Of a stretch of 64,000 nucleotides of DNA, positions 1 through 13,744 are shown one piece after another; positions within the stretch are counted from its first letter, which is position 1; every line of letters starts with the position of its first letter. A program made the position numbers and the translations under genes. The stretch comes from Octopus sinensis (lineage: Eukaryota), in contig NC_043012.1 in NCBI RefSeq assembly GCF_006345805.1, positions 29,574,001-29,638,000 of the forward strand, in the 5' to 3' direction. The notes beneath the pieces were generated by a model. That model saw nothing but the letters and a program-made list of their open reading frames with translations. It was not told where the DNA came from and did not search any database.

Positions 1-60
1 TTGCTGTAGCGATCAGCTAAGGTCCATTTATTTGTGTTGTATATATTTTGTGTATAATTC

Positions 61-258
61 TTTCAAGGCCTGAAATTGGGGGAGGGGAGCAAGTCAATTA
101 CATCAACCCCAGTGTTTAACTGGTACTAATTTTATTGACTCCCCAAAAGGAGAGAAAGGTAAAGCATACTTTGGTTGAATTTGAACTCAGAATTATATAA
201 AGCTGAACAGAAAATGTTGTCAAGCATTTTGTCTGCTGTCTTAACAATTCTGCCACCT
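61..258 (-). mobile_element. SINE family B copy (core gtcgactttgcctttcatcctttc-type)
   Basis: Reverse-complement match to the copies at 20724-21600 and 34448-34880 (gagttcaaattc, aagtaccag and ggccttg blocks). Confidence 0.6.
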
Positions 259-324
259 CCCTGCATTTATGTTGTGTTTACTTAAAGTGAGTGGATTAAA
301 CCTGGCTATCTAATCATCTTCATC

Positions 325-490
325 ATTTACCATCCGTTTTCCATGCTGGCATGAGTTGGATGGTTTGACAGGAGCTGGCTAAACAGAAGACTGCACCAGG
401 CTTTTGTGTCTGTTTTGGCTGGGTTTTTATGGCAGGATGCCCTTCCTGACACCAACCACCTTACAGAGCAGACTGAGTGCCTTTTATGTG
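325..490 (-). mobile_element. RTE LINE 3' end fragment
   Basis: Reverse complement of the RTE 3' terminus at 52980-53156 (ggaagggcatcc...ccatgccagcatggaaaacggatg). Confidence 0.7.
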
Positions 491-498
491 GCATTACA

Positions 499-797
499 CT
501 CTGTCGGTTCCAGTTGATCCAATCTACAGAACAGCCTGCTCGTGAAATTAATGTGCAAGTAGCTGAGCACTCCACAGACATGTGTACCATTTATGTACTT
601 CTCAGGGAGATTCAACATCATGCAGAATGTCGCAAGGCTAGCCCCTTTTCAAATACAGGTGCAATTCTTTTTTGCCAGCTAGGTGGACTGAAGCAATGGG
701 AAATAGAGTGTCTTGCTCTAGGACACAATGCACCACTGGGAATTGAACTCACAACCTCACGATTGTGAGTTGAATACCCTAACCACTATGCCACATG
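499..797 (-). mobile_element. tRNA-headed SINE family A
   Basis: Minus strand has A-box-like tagtggttagg and B-box-like gagttcaattcc; body matches the + copy at 21680-21965. Confidence 0.7.
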
Positions 798-1521
798 TTT
801 TCACATATATAATGAAAAAAGGTATTGGAGGGGCAATGCATACCCTGCATGCACACCATGATATAAAACAAAATTTAATCTAATAATCTCAAATGAATTC
901 ATATTTCAACAAAATTACATCAAGAGTCATTTCCCCTACTTATTTTTTATGCATATGTAACAAAGGAAAAAACATATTTTGATTCACCCATCCACCAGTT
1001 TTGAAGATAATCAAACAAAAATTTAATGAGTTTATGCCACTCACCCAATGAGTATTTCTGCTAAATTTGGTGAAAATCTGTTCAGCCATTTTCCAGTAAT
1101 TTTGAAAACACACAGAGTAAGATGAGTAACTACAATACCCTGTTTTCACTTGCATGCACACGGTAAATATACGCATAAGTAAAGTGGCTGGTAAATGAAC
1201 AGAGAAAATGTAAGATAGGGATGTCCCTCTTTAGTATTGTCTTGAACAGGACCCCTTTAGTGCTTCCACTGTAAGAAAATGTGTCCAGTGCACCCTGTAA
1301 AGCGGTTAGCAAATAGAAAGAGCATCCAGCCATAAAATCTTAAGCTAAATGACGTGTGTAAGAACCAACCAGTCTATGGAAACAGTGTCCCCCCCCCCCA
1401 ATAAGGAGTGACTCAGACCATGATGACCTAGCCAAGCTATATCAGCATGGAAGGTGGATGTAGAAATGATGAGAATGGTGACATCCACAACACAGGTACT
1501 TATATGTATGAGTACAAAGAC

Positions 1522-1552
<31 letters not shown>

Positions 1553-1639
1553 ATGTACTATATAATGTGTATATATATATATATATATATAGTACACACA
1601 TAAGCCCCAAAATAACATTAGCTGCAATAATAATATAAA

Positions 1640-2525
1640 CCTTCACATTGGTATGAATAAAACTAAAGTACCCCCAAAGAACCAATATGAACCCTGTTAA
1701 TAACAAGAAAATCACGCCATCTAGTCCACATAAACCCTACCAAAGCAACACCAATAAAACAGACAAAAGTTACAGGAAAGTGAAACCCAACTATGGAAAT
1801 AAGCTGGATAGCCGTAACCATAACATCACACGACAAACAAACAAGGAGGGTAGCTTCTATACTAGAAAAAAACAAAAAAAAACAACAAAATAGTGATAAA
1901 ATCTGGTTCGTAATCCCCTTCACTGTGCACCTCAAATCAAACATAACTTAAACGTTAATAATAAATATGCAGAATTATTCAGGTATAAAATTAGAGTAGG
2001 TCACAGCCTGACCAATAACTTAGCTACAATCATAGCCTCAATAAATAATAAAAAAAACTAGACAAATTCTAAGAAACTAGAGAAATTGTGAACAATAAAA
2101 ATAATAACCAACCAACTAATAGAACTAAGCCCACCACTAATGTAGCGCCTCCTACTAACTTAGATATAGACCTGAAGAGTAATACACCCCCCACAACATA
2201 ACACAAACACCTAATAATTTATGTGGTTGCAGGGATAGAACAAAGTGCCATTTCTTAAATAGATGCAAGACAAATAACATAGTTTACCAATGTGATGTGC
2301 ACACAAATAGCCAGATAACATCATATATAGGCGCCACTAAAAACCAAATGATACTGAGATATAACACACACCAATCTAGCTTCAGAAATAGGAGTACGGC
2401 AAATTCAACAGGGCTCAGTAGATATATTTGGGAACTTAAGGATAAAAAAATAGATTATAGATTAAACTGGCATATACTCGCAAAAACAACCTCATACAAC
2501 ACCGCCAATAGATGCTGTGATCTCT
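1640..2525 (+). mobile_element. Penelope-like element 3' fragment (post-RT linker and GIY-YIG endonuclease), degenerate
   Basis: Translations KIWFVIPF, LCGCRDRTKCHFLNRCKTNNIVYQC and YIGATKNQMILRYNTHQSSFRN...LSRYIWELKDK...WHIL...CCDL fit PLE C-terminal motifs. Confidence 0.75.
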
Positions 2526-2770
2526 GGATGTGTAATGTCAGTGTGCACACACGACAGAGTGTAAGCGCCCTGAGAGAAATGTTGGACATAAAAAGCATCG
2601 GATGTGGCATGCAAGAGAGACGTTTGCACTGGTATGGTCATGTACTACAGATGGATGAGGAGAGATGTGTAAAAAAGTGCCACTCCAAACAGTTGAAGGA
2701 ATCCAGGGTAGAGGTAGACCCAGGAAGACATGGGATGAGGTGGTCAAGCATGACCTTCGAACGTTGGGTT
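2526..2770 (+). mobile_element. Internal RTE ORF2 C-terminal fragment
   Basis: WMCNVSVHTRQSVSALREMLDIKSIGCGMQERRLHWYGHV is nearly identical to 52199-52450. Confidence 0.8.
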
Positions 2771-2931
2771 AGGGTTATATATATATATATAGATAGATAT
2801 AAAATCAAAATAAGAAACAAGGATATCCATGTTGGTTATTTTGATTTTAGTGACCTTACTCTGAAATTGTATGGATAATACTGTACTAAATTATGGTGCT
2901 TCAACTTAAGTACCATATTTATCTGAATTTG

Positions 2932-2968
<37 letters not shown>

Positions 2969-3651
2969 TTAGACATGGCCTGGGCCAATAATGGCCGAAA
3001 CCTATCAAAGTATCAAAGTATATATATATGTATATATATATATAATCATTGTCTTCATCATTGAATGTCCATTTCCCATGCTGGCATCAGTTGGATGATT
3101 TGATCTGGCCAACTGCAGAGCTGTGTTGAACATGTTGTCTGCTTTGGCACGTTTTCTATAGCTGGATGCCTTTCCTAATGCCACCCAAATTACAGTGTGT
3201 AGTGCTTTTTTCCCTTGATAGTGGCACTAGTGAGGTTGCCAAGTAACTTATAGATAAATGTGTGTGTGTCAGTTAGTTGTTAGAATTCTTCCCATGACTG
3301 ACTTAATTTCTAACCAAGAAACTGTGCTCCATTGCTGGAAATTGGATGACAACAATAATAATAGTTATCTACAATATGTTACAAAATGAGATGAAACTGG
3401 AAAAAGTCTATGTGCCGGTAAGTATGGAACCTCTGAATGTTACATCAAATTGTTATCCTTCCAACTTGCCACCCTGTCACATTGTCGACTTTTCAACTTG
3501 CCAAACAGTTAGAATGGTCAGTGACTTGGTCACAGACTTGTCCCTTTATTATAACATTTGAAATCATGCTTTTACATTTTTTTTCTCTTTGACCCTTTAG
3601 CATTTTAACCAGCCATATCCGATTGAAATATTCTACTTGTTTTATGTTCGC

Positions 3652-3875
3652 TCGTAAAAAGCACCATCCGATCGTGGCCGTTTGCCAGCCTCGTCTGGCA
3701 CCTGTGCCAGTGGCACGTAAAAAGCACCCACTACACTCACGGAGTGGTTGGCGTTAGGAAGGGCATCCAGCCGTAGAAACATTGCCAGATCAGACTGCTG
3801 GTGCAGCCTTCTGGCTTCCCAGACCCCAGTTGAACCATCCAACCCATGCTAGCATGGAAAGCAGATGCTAAACGA
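3652..3875 (+). mobile_element. RTE LINE 3' UTR end fragment
   Basis: Near-identical to 52915-53135; similar minus-strand pieces at about 3045-3235 and 4105-4390. Confidence 0.8.
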
Positions 3876-4479
3876 CTTCTTTGGAGAAGTCTTGTATATT
3901 TTTATGATCTCACTTATTTGTATTGTATTTGTGAAGTATGTGTTGGCAGGTCGCTTTTGCTGCCCCAAACCCATAGCTTTTTAAATTTATCACTTAGACA
4001 TTTACTAACAAAGCCAGGTGCTTGAATAAATAAATAAAGGAATAAATGTGAATTAATAATCTCTGAAGAGACAACATAGGCTTTGGAAGCATTTCATCAT
4101 CACCATCATCATTTAAAGTCTGCTTTCCATGCTGCCATGGGTTGGATCATTTGACAGGAGCTGGCCAGCCAGGGAGCTGTCTGGGCTCCATTTGTTTGTT
4201 TTAGCATGGTTCCTATAACTGGATGTCCTTCCTAATGCCAACCACTTTACGGTGTGAACTGGGTGCTTTCTACATGGTACCAACATAGCTGCTTCTACAT
4301 GGTACCAGCATAGCTGCTTTTACATGGTACCAGCACTGGTGTTTACATATGTCACTGGCACATGTGTTTTTCACATGTCATCAGCACCTGCTAGCCCTCA
4401 AGGGAAGGACCTCTCAGTCATCTATAAATATTGTTTTTCACTGAATTTGAAAGCAACATTCACCCCTTCAACACAAAAC

Positions 4480-6050
4480 TGCCCTCTCTGACTGCACTTG
4501 GATGTTCTCTTTACTGTTTCAAACAAACAAATCAGGTTTGTTATGTTTGCATTCGTCAGAGCTTTTCATAAGAACATTTCATCACTATCCCGTGTGTTGA
4601 GACATATTTCTCTCTCTATGACAGAGATGCTCTCTTTATTTATCCTAGACTACCTTTTCTGCAGATATCATCACATATTGTTTTTATCAGCAGCAGTCTG
4701 TCATAATGGATGGTAGTACCTTGATGTCATTTTAGGGACAGCAGCTGAACCATGTAATGTCTTCCACAGAAATAGGAAATAATCAATTTTGGTCATATTT
4801 TAGAAGATTAAGGGCTTCTTCTGTTTTAATATCTGTGGAATGGATTTTCTCTAAGACAAGTATTGCAAATGTTTGTATCATTACTGCATTGTGGGATATT
4901 ATCATCCATCAGTTCTATGTTGTTGCTTAAAGTCTTGTAAGTCTTGTATAATATTCTTTGGTTGCTCTGTGTTCACAATATCTCTATACGAGATATTTTC
5001 ATCCATACCTACCTCTTTGTAGCTCTAATTGTGTGGAACAGGGCAGACAGAGAAATCATTGGATGTAAAGACTGTTGACTAAATCTTTTGTGAGCCAATC
5101 AGTTTAAGTAACTCCAGCAGCAAGTACTTCTACAAAGTACGCTGACTTTACCAGCCACGAGTGGGAAACAGAATCCAACTTTGCTCTGTAAATTAAGTCA
5201 TTTGGTCACAAGGTTTCTGCAACTTGTTCCTTCTTCAGACTTCTCAGCTTTAGTAATCAAAAGTTCTTCAGCATATTCCCATACTCTCTTCTTGCCACTT
5301 GTCAGCATTTCGATTTCTATCTTCTTGGATCCACAATGATCTTGGAGGAATTGGTTGAGATAGCTTGTGTAAAGCTTCTGTATAATGTTTTGGTTAAGTT
5401 TTCTTTGAAGTCAGCATTGCTCATATTCTTGGTTACAAGATTCACCCATGCTACGATGAGCCAATCTGGTACTTCAATCTGGCCTTCTATAGTTCTTTTA
5501 AATGTATATACTACTGTTTTGTTTTGTCTTTTTTTTTTTAAATGCATGTGTCTGGCAAATGGGTTGATGTGAAATAATATGTTAAAACAAAAAACAGTAT
5601 GGAAGATACATATTAGCCATTCAAAAACAGACAAAGGCTGTTAACTTAAGCATTTATTTAGTGACTCATTCCAGTGCAGTGGGGCTGTGTCTGACCAGGT
5701 TGCAGATAGTGTGACAAAAGGATTAAATGGAGTTAAGTTTTTGTGAGTTTTTTGAATGGTGAACAAGTGTATTTTATTCTGTAGAACATCAATGTTTTGT
5801 GCCAATATCCAACTTCAGGACCTCTTCCTGGCAGCTTTGTCTCTTACAGCTTTGGTGAAATCTTCAAAGTTGATTTATATAATTTTAAATGATGTTCATC
5901 TGATGTTTGTTTAGTATTCTTCTACGACTGACTGGCCATGATGCATTCTCACACAAATCTTGTGAAGGTTTGGTTCTGACACTTTGCAGAAACTCATCGT
6001 GTCTCTACACACATTGGAGTGTCTTGTGTTTGGTTGTATTTGATTAAATC
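4480..6050 (-). pseudogene. Highly decayed non-LTR retrotransposon RT remnant (R4/Dong-like, tentative)
   Basis: Minus-strand LIYRAKLDSVSHSWL resembles xDYxKAFDSVPHSWL and KIDYFLFLWKTLH resembles INHLLFMDD; many stops. Confidence 0.4.
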
Positions 6051-6520
6051 AGTTTAATTAAAGAGATGTAACTCTAACTCAAACGAATTATAATTATTAT
6101 AATAAATAGACATCGTTAAAATGAGGAACGAGATGAAGAAGTATTAGTGTCACTAAAATTCACTAAACAAAAAATGATATTCGTAGAGGAGTTAGTAATA
6201 AATATATCTTTATATTTTTCGGTACATTACACACACACACGTGGACAACAAGCTTCTTTCAGTATCTTTTTACGAAATCTATTTACGTGGCTTTGGTCAG
6301 CCCTGGGCTATATTAGATGACACTTGTCCTTGTCCATGGTGCTGGGCAGTGGGACTGATCCTCTGGTTGAGAAGCAAACATCTTAAACACAGTCATGCCA
6401 GTGCTTCGTGTGTCTGTGAGTATATATAGGTATGTGTGTGTGTATACACACACATGTATCATATTACATGAACATACACATAGATACTGTATATACTTAT
6501 ATATTATAATGAATTATATA

Positions 6521-6560
<40 letters not shown>

Positions 6561-7850
6561 GTGTATGTATGTATATATATATATATGGGTGGGGATGTGT
6601 GTTTGAATGTCTTGCTGAAAGTTTTAGGAAATTGGTAGCAAGGGTAGATGCTGGGGAATGGTTGTGGGGTGGGGGTTAATGGTAGAAATTACATCAGTTA
6701 TCTGATACCCTGGTGTATGTGTGTATGTTGTTGGATGGCAGTAGATTTCCTGTTTGGTCCTGGCAGGGATGCTGATAGTGTTGATTATGATGATGATGAT
6801 GGTGGTGATGGTGGTGGTGGTGGTGGTGGTGATGGTGGTGGTGGTGGTGGTGGTGGTGGTGGATAGTATGAGAAGTTGTTTGCCAAATAGCAGCACATTG
6901 CTCTTCTCTTTCTTTTCTCTCCTTGTCTTTCTCTTCTACCTTATTTCTCTTTTTCTTTCTTCTCTCTCTCTCTTTCTCAACTCTATCTTCCCTACTTTCC
7001 TCTTTTTCTCTCCTCTCTCATTTCCTTCTCTCTGCTTATCTCTACTTCCTGTTCTTTATCTTCTTCACTTCTCCCTTTCTCTCTCTCTCTCTCTCTCTCA
7101 CTTTTTCAATCAGATCTCTTCTTTCTTCCTCTTCCCTCTCTCTCTCTCTCTCTCTACCTCTCTCACTCTCAACCTCTGTCTGTGTGTCACCAAGATCAGG
7201 TTTCTTCTAAGACAAAATACTATTATAGTTGATATAACGGGGGGGGGGAGGCAGTACACTGACTGAGAGGGGGGGGAGGGACAGTGATAAGATGTGAGAT
7301 AGGAAGTGAAAAAGAGATGGAAAAAGGTGTGTGTGTGTGTATATATATGTATATGTATAAGCAAAAGGAAAGTTGTGTGTATGTGTATTATTGTGTGTTC
7401 ATGTATTATTGTGAGCGTGTGTCTGTAATGGTGTGTGTATGTACAGATGTGGGAGTGTTTATGTATGAATGTGTGTATAGCCGTCGGAGTCTATGTATGT
7501 ATAAATCTGTGTGTGTGTGTGCAATCATCTATAAATGTGTTTTTGTGTTTATATATGTATGTCATATATTATGACCGTGTCTGTATATGTATGTATATAT
7601 CCGTATGTGTGTATGTGTTCCTCTCTTAGTAGTGCCTGAATATCGATAGCTGGGGTCTGTATGTATAGACGTGTGTATATATTATAGAGAGATAGATAGA
7701 TATTTATTTGTATATCCATATATGTGTTTGTGTATGTATGTGTTATACACTAAGGCTATTAATATATGTATTGCTGTATATAGGAGTGCCTATGTGGCAA
7801 TAGCTGTATATGCTTGTATGTCTACAGGGGCATGTGTGTATGTGTATACA

Positions 7851-7896
<46 letters not shown>

Positions 7897-8265
7897 TATA
7901 TGAATGTATATACATACACACATGCCCCTGTAGACATATAAGCATATGTGTGTGTGTGTGTGAGAGAGAGATCTGTGTGCTTATACATGCATCTGTGTGT
8001 GTGGGAGTGTACATCTTTATGTATGTATATGTGTCTGTACAGATATATGTTTCATAGTGTCTTGATGAGAGAAGGGAGGTCCAGTACTGATAAATCCCTT
8101 TGTGGCCTCCACCATCGACAAGTATCCTTAGATGATAGCCTGGGTACTTATAACAGAAAACCATACAGAAGGATAAGGCAGAGATAATGGTAACCAAGCA
8201 ATGCTCTGACCACCACCAAAGAACACCGACAATCCACTTGATGGGGTTTGTTCATTCATTCTTAC

Positions 8266-8292
8266 CTAGATTCTGTCTACTTCCAATTTGCA
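8266..8292 (-). other. Candidate 27-nt exon (phase 1-1, xQIGSRQNLx)
   Basis: Acceptor aaacctttttcag and donor TAG|gtaaga on the minus strand; only one frame is open; no homology recognised. Confidence 0.25.
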
Positions 8293-8359
8293 CTGAAAAA
8301 GGTTTCATACATACTGTGATTAGGTTCATACAGGCACACATGATATATATACACACATG

Positions 8360-8413
<54 letters not shown>

Positions 8414-8503
8414 CCGTTATTGTGTCTGCCTATCTTCCAAAGAAAATGAATATAAAGTTAGAAAGTAGGTGACACAAGTGTGTGTGTATTAAGTTGGTGT
8501 TGG

Positions 8504-8554
<51 letters not shown>

Positions 8555-8649
8555 ATTCAGCTGTATACATACACACTGGTGTCACTTAATTCTTTCTTAC
8601 ATTATATATACTCCCTTATATCTGTCTGTGAGTCTATATATATACACAC

Positions 8650-8688
<39 letters not shown>

Positions 8689-9579
8689 CACATACACATA
8701 TATATATATACACACACACACATATATATATATATAATATACATGCACATACACACATACATATATAGTTTGGTAAGTGAAATTGCACAAAAATCTTGGC
8801 CCATTTATAACTGTTGCTTCTGAATATGTATATAAAAATATTTATGTGTGTGTGTGTATATATATACATATATATATACATACACTCACAGACAGATATA
8901 AGGGAGTATATATAATGTAAGCAAGAATTAGGTGATACCAGTGTGTATGTATGTATATAGATAAATAGATATTACAGCTGAATTATATATATACATATAT
9001 ATATGTGTGTGTGTGTGTGTATAAATATAAAGCATACGTTTAGATGAAGGTAGTGTGAATATTTTTGGGGGTATGTGTGATAGCTGTGCATGTACTTGTA
9101 TGTGCCAAAAGTGTATATATGTTTATAAACATTGTGTGTGTGTGTGTGTGTGTCTGTGTGTGCTGAACTTAGAAATAAGGAAGTAAATTCAGAACAGAAG
9201 GAAAGAATCTCTCTGATAAAATATTTTGCTTTCCTCTTCCAACTTCTGCACCACAGCCCCCCCCCCCTCTCACTTTCTCTCTCTCTTCTTCTCAGCCTCT
9301 TTCTGTGTGTGTGTGTGTGTGTAAAAAAAAAGATATATATATAAGTGTATACAAATGTATATACAAACACGCAAATCCATGTGTTTATAATTTATGCCGT
9401 TTGTTTATAGTTGTATGTGCTTGTATGTGTCTGTGTGTATATTTGCATATATGTTTATGTGTATATCATATCTATATATATGTAGGTATGTATGCATACA
9501 TACATATATTTATTTGTATATTTATATATGTATATATATTTATATCTATATATATATACCTTCACAGTATATCTATACA

Positions 9580-9963
9580 CTAGCAGTATCGCCCGGCGTT
9601 GCTCAGGTTTGTAAGGGAAATAACTATAAAGCATTTTTAGAGAGTTATAGCCAAAAAATAGCAAAAGAATGGAAAAAAAATGCTGGTAAATTTTTTTTGA
9701 GAGTTAAAAAAGGTAGAGTTGCGTCCGCTAGACGGTCTGTGGTTTTGGTTTCTAATTCTCGACCCCATGTCGAATTTATCGATTTTTTTCAGAACTGGGG
9801 GAACTTTTCAAAATTTTCGCTGCGTTAGTTTTGAATTATGACATTGGGCTATGTGTGTGTGAAGTTTCATCAGAATCGGTTGAAAGCCATGGTCAGAGTG
9901 AGGGTACGAGAAAACAGACACACAGAAAACGCACAGACAAACTGCCGTTTATATAGAGAGAGA
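9580..9963 (-). mobile_element. Non-autonomous Helitron (copy A)
   Basis: Minus strand reads A|TC ... hairpin (cctgagc aac gccggg) ... CTAG|T, the canonical Helitron termini and A|T target. Confidence 0.7.
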
Positions 9964-10500
9964 TATGTAAATATACATGTTTACACACATACACACACAC
10001 ATGCAATCATATACGCAATTTGTATACACAAAAGTATCATAAGACTTTTATAAATGCACACAAACGCTCTCTCTCTCTCTCTCTCTCATACATACACATA
10101 TATAAACACACACATACATAAACACGTACACATATATTCACATTAAAATGTGTGTTCTAGGTGCAACAAGAACAACAACATCATGGTCATGATTATCACC
10201 ACCACCCCCCGACGCCACCACCATCGCTATCAGCAGGTCCAGTGGCAATAAAGATGGCCACTGTAGCAGGCAAGGATCAGATTTCTTTGCTCATTTTCTA
10301 GAAATTTCTTTCAAACACTACACCAACCCAACACTCAATATACACTGGCATGGCAGGCAGGGCATGTGTGTATGTATGTGTGTGTATGTCTGTATGTGTG
10401 TATATTTCTATATCACTGTTCTTTAGTTTATTTCAGTCTGCATGTTCAAGGCCATGCTGGAGTTCCAGTTCTGATTTGTGAGTGTATTTATTTACACACA

Positions 10501-10553
<53 letters not shown>

Positions 10554-10574
10554 ATGTATCCATATTATCTCTGT

Positions 10575-11310
10575 GCTGTGGCTGTGTGGTAAGAAGTTTG
10601 CTTGCCAACCTCATGGTTCTAGGTTCAGTCCCACTGCATGGCATCTGCTACTAGAATCAACAGGCCAACCAAAACCTAATGAAAGGACTTGGCTGATAGA
10701 AACTGAAGGAACCCTGGCATGTGTGTGTGTGTCACTGTGTTTATGCTTGGCCCCACCACCACCACCACTTGACAACCAGTGTTGGTTTGTTTATGTCCCT
10801 GTAACTTACAGAATAAGAACCAGACTTAAAATTAAGTACTGGGGTCAATTTGTTTGCCTAAAAACCCTTCAAGCGTGTGTGTGTGTGTTTTAAGGTGGGG
10901 GGTCTGGCTGTGTGGTAAGAAGTTTGCTTTCAGCTGCATTGTTCTGTGTTCAGGCCAACCAAAGTGAGTGGATTTTGTAAATGGAAACTGTGGAAGCCTC
11001 CATGTGTGTGTGTGTGTTTGTGTCTGACCCACTACCACCACTTAACAGCCAGTATTGGTTTGTTTCCATCTATGTAACGTAGAATGTATATTCATATATA
11101 TGTGTGTGTGTGTGTCTGAGTTTGTCTGAGTTTGTCTCTCTCCTACTGCTTGACAACCCATGTTGGTTTGTTTATCTCCCCACAACTCAGAGATTCAGCC
11201 AAAGAGGCTGAAAAAGTACCAGACTTTTAAAAAAAAAAGCAACGGGGTCGATTTGTTTGGTTAAACCCTCGAAGGCAATGCCCTCAGCATTGAAACAAGC
11301 AAAAGAATAA
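10575..11310 (+). mobile_element. Two adjacent copies of tRNA-headed SINE family C
   Basis: Head ggctgtgtggtaagaag...ggttcagtcccac and body ttgacaacc...gtactggggtc match the copies at 53705 and 62944. Confidence 0.7.
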
Positions 11311-11775
11311 CAAATACTAAGGTGGGGGAGGGATATTTAGAGGGAAACAGAGAGAGAGAGAGAGAGAGAGAGACTACTGATTTAAAAGATTATGTATGAG
11401 AAATATGCATAAATATACAATCATACACACACACACACACACACAAGTGTGTTTACATGTATGTAAAAATGTTTTCATCTTACCAAATATGAATATATTC
11501 TTACAAATAGGTAGATTATAGATAAATATGGAATGGAATGTATTTGAGAGAAACACCTAAATAGGCAGCAGGCTTAGAATAATATATGCAGATTCATAAA
11601 CGTTATGTAAATATACTTTAATACCCATATATGCATGTGTGTGTGTGTATGTGTGTGTGTATTTATACACACACTTATATATAATTCGATTAGAGGTTAT
11701 GTTAGCCTCATATTATGCTCAGGTTGTTGATAATGAGCATTTATCAACTTCACAATCTCCATTTTCTTTTTCTTC

Positions 11776-11827
<52 letters not shown>

Positions 11828-12059
11828 ATGTGTATAAAAATTATATATAAAAATACAAAATGGGACAAGAACGCAAAATACACAAAGAGACGACACAAAA
11901 AACGGACGGGTCATTCGAAGCCTCTAATCTTCTGTCAGGAACCGGATCATCCTAGCAAATTTTGGCTGATTAATCCTGATATCGCTCCGATCCGGCCAAC
12001 CCCAAGGAAAAACTAAACTGCGAGCATTAGATTTCTTCGAAAAAGGATCAAATGTATGA

Positions 12060-12625
12060 CCTTTGAACGTTGGGCCTCACAGAGGCAATGACAAAAGACC
12101 GAGACCTCTGGAAATATGCTGTGACTGAGAAGACCCGGCAAATAAAGTGAGTTCACAGCTGTAACCCACACCAATGTGGCATAACCAGCTTACTCAAAAG
12201 TACCTTGGATCGTAGGGTGACATGCCATGCTTGAGGAGACCTATTGAGTCAAGTACATCAAAACCAAAATCAAATCACAATCAAAGGGAAATTGTTGTTG
12301 TGATCCCCATGCCGGTTGCATGTAAAAAGCACCATCAGAACGTGGCCAATGCCAGCGCCATCTTGACTGGCTTCTATGCTGGTGGCACGTAAAAAGCACC
12401 ATCTGATCATGGTCGATGCCAACCCCCTCTGGCCCCTGTGCTGGTGGCACATAAAAAAAAGCACCCACTATACTCGGAGTGGTTAGCGTTAGGAAGGGCA
12501 TCCAGCTGTTGAAACACTGCCAGATCAGTCTGGAGCCTGGTGCAACCTCCTGGCTTCCCAGACCCCAGTTGAACTGTCCAACCCATGCCAGCATGGAAAA
12601 CGGATGTTAAACGATGATGATTATG
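12060..12625 (+). mobile_element. 5'-truncated RTE LINE 3' portion with (GAT)n tail
   Basis: gaccttcgaac...gagaagacccggc, 3' UTR blocks and terminal aaacgatgatgat match the 52430-53156 pattern. Confidence 0.75.
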
Positions 12626-12639
12626 ATATATATATGAAT

Positions 12640-13195
12640 GATTTTAAGAGAAAAATTAGGTGAAAGAGACATGAGTTGCAGTGTGCAAGAGAGAAGACTA
12701 AGCTGGCATGGTGATGTGATGTGTATAGGTGAGGACAGCTGCATTAAGAAGTACCAATCTTTAATTGTGAAGGGAACCTGTGGAAGGAGTAGACTTAGGA
12801 AAACGTTGGACTTAGGAAAGGATCTTCAGATGTTGGACCTCGCTGAGTAAATGACAAGCAACCAAGATTGGCAGTTTGTTGTGCTTGAAAAGACACATGA
12901 AGCAAAGTAAGACCTTGGCTGTCCGTACATACAGGCATGTCGTCTTCTCTCTCTCTCAGCATTGAGGGTTTGTGGGTGCTGGGGTCCCGTAAAAAGCACT
13001 CTTCTTGGTGACACATAAAAAACACTCAGCACGCTCCATAAAGTGGATGGCATTAGGAAGGGTATCCAACCACAAAAACCATCTCAGCAGACAATCGGAG
13101 CCCAGGCAGCTCTCCAGTCGGCCAGTTCTTGTCAAACTGTCCAACCCATGCCAGTATGGAAAACAGGCATTAAATGATGATGATGGTGATGATAC
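12640..13195 (+). mobile_element. Older RTE LINE 3' portion
   Basis: VQERRLSWHGDVM...GTCGRSRLRKT followed by a 3' UTR and (GAT)n. Confidence 0.65.
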
Positions 13196-13299
13196 ATGTG
13201 CGTGTATATCTTTTACTGGTTTCACTCATTGGATTGCAGTCATGCTGGTGCACCACCTTGCAGGGGGTGAGGGGTAGTCAAACAAATCAACCCTAAAAC

Positions 13300-13625
13300 T
13301 TTTTTCTTAAGCCTAGTACTTATTGTATCAGTCTCTTTTGCCGAACCACTATGTTACAGGGACATAAACACACCAACACCAGTTGTCAAGCAGTCGTGGG
13401 AGACCCACGCACATACATATATACTGAGTGCTTTTTATGTGGCACTGAAATGACCCATCATATATATATATATATGATCGGCTTCTTTCAGTTTCCATCT
13501 CCCAAATCCACTCACAATGTTTTGGTCAGCCCAAGACTATAATAGGAGACACTTGCCCAAGGTGCCTCACAGTGGGATTGAACCTGGAATCATGTGGTTG
13601 GGAAACAAGCTTCTTACCACACAGC
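13300..13625 (-). mobile_element. SINE family C copy
   Basis: Reverse complement of the SINE C head and body. Confidence 0.65.
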
Positions 13626-13744
13626 CAAAATAATCTTTGACAATTTTCATTGATAATCTATGTAAAAATGATTCTATTCTAAGGAAAACAGATTTGGAGG
13701 GAAACAGTTATATACCTGCCTATATACAAATATAACTGTACATA

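Noticed and set aside
6395-9830. Many ORFs rich in YI, CV, HT, SL or poly-G/V/T (also 25367-26114, 29977-30385, 39291-39896, 41101-41701)
   Set aside because: They are translations of TA, TG, CT and GGT microsatellites, which lack stops in some frames.
10161-10236. Gln/His/Pro-rich exon-like stretch (VQQEQQHHGHDYHHHPPTPPPSLSA)
   Set aside because: The donor gtccag is weak and the composition is explained by decayed CAA/CAT/CAC trinucleotide repeats.
11915-11950. Hammerhead-like remnants at 11915-11950, 25308-25344 and 48500-48530
   Set aside because: Core nucleotides are missing or stems do not pair well enough to call a ribozyme; probably decayed PLE terminal repeats.
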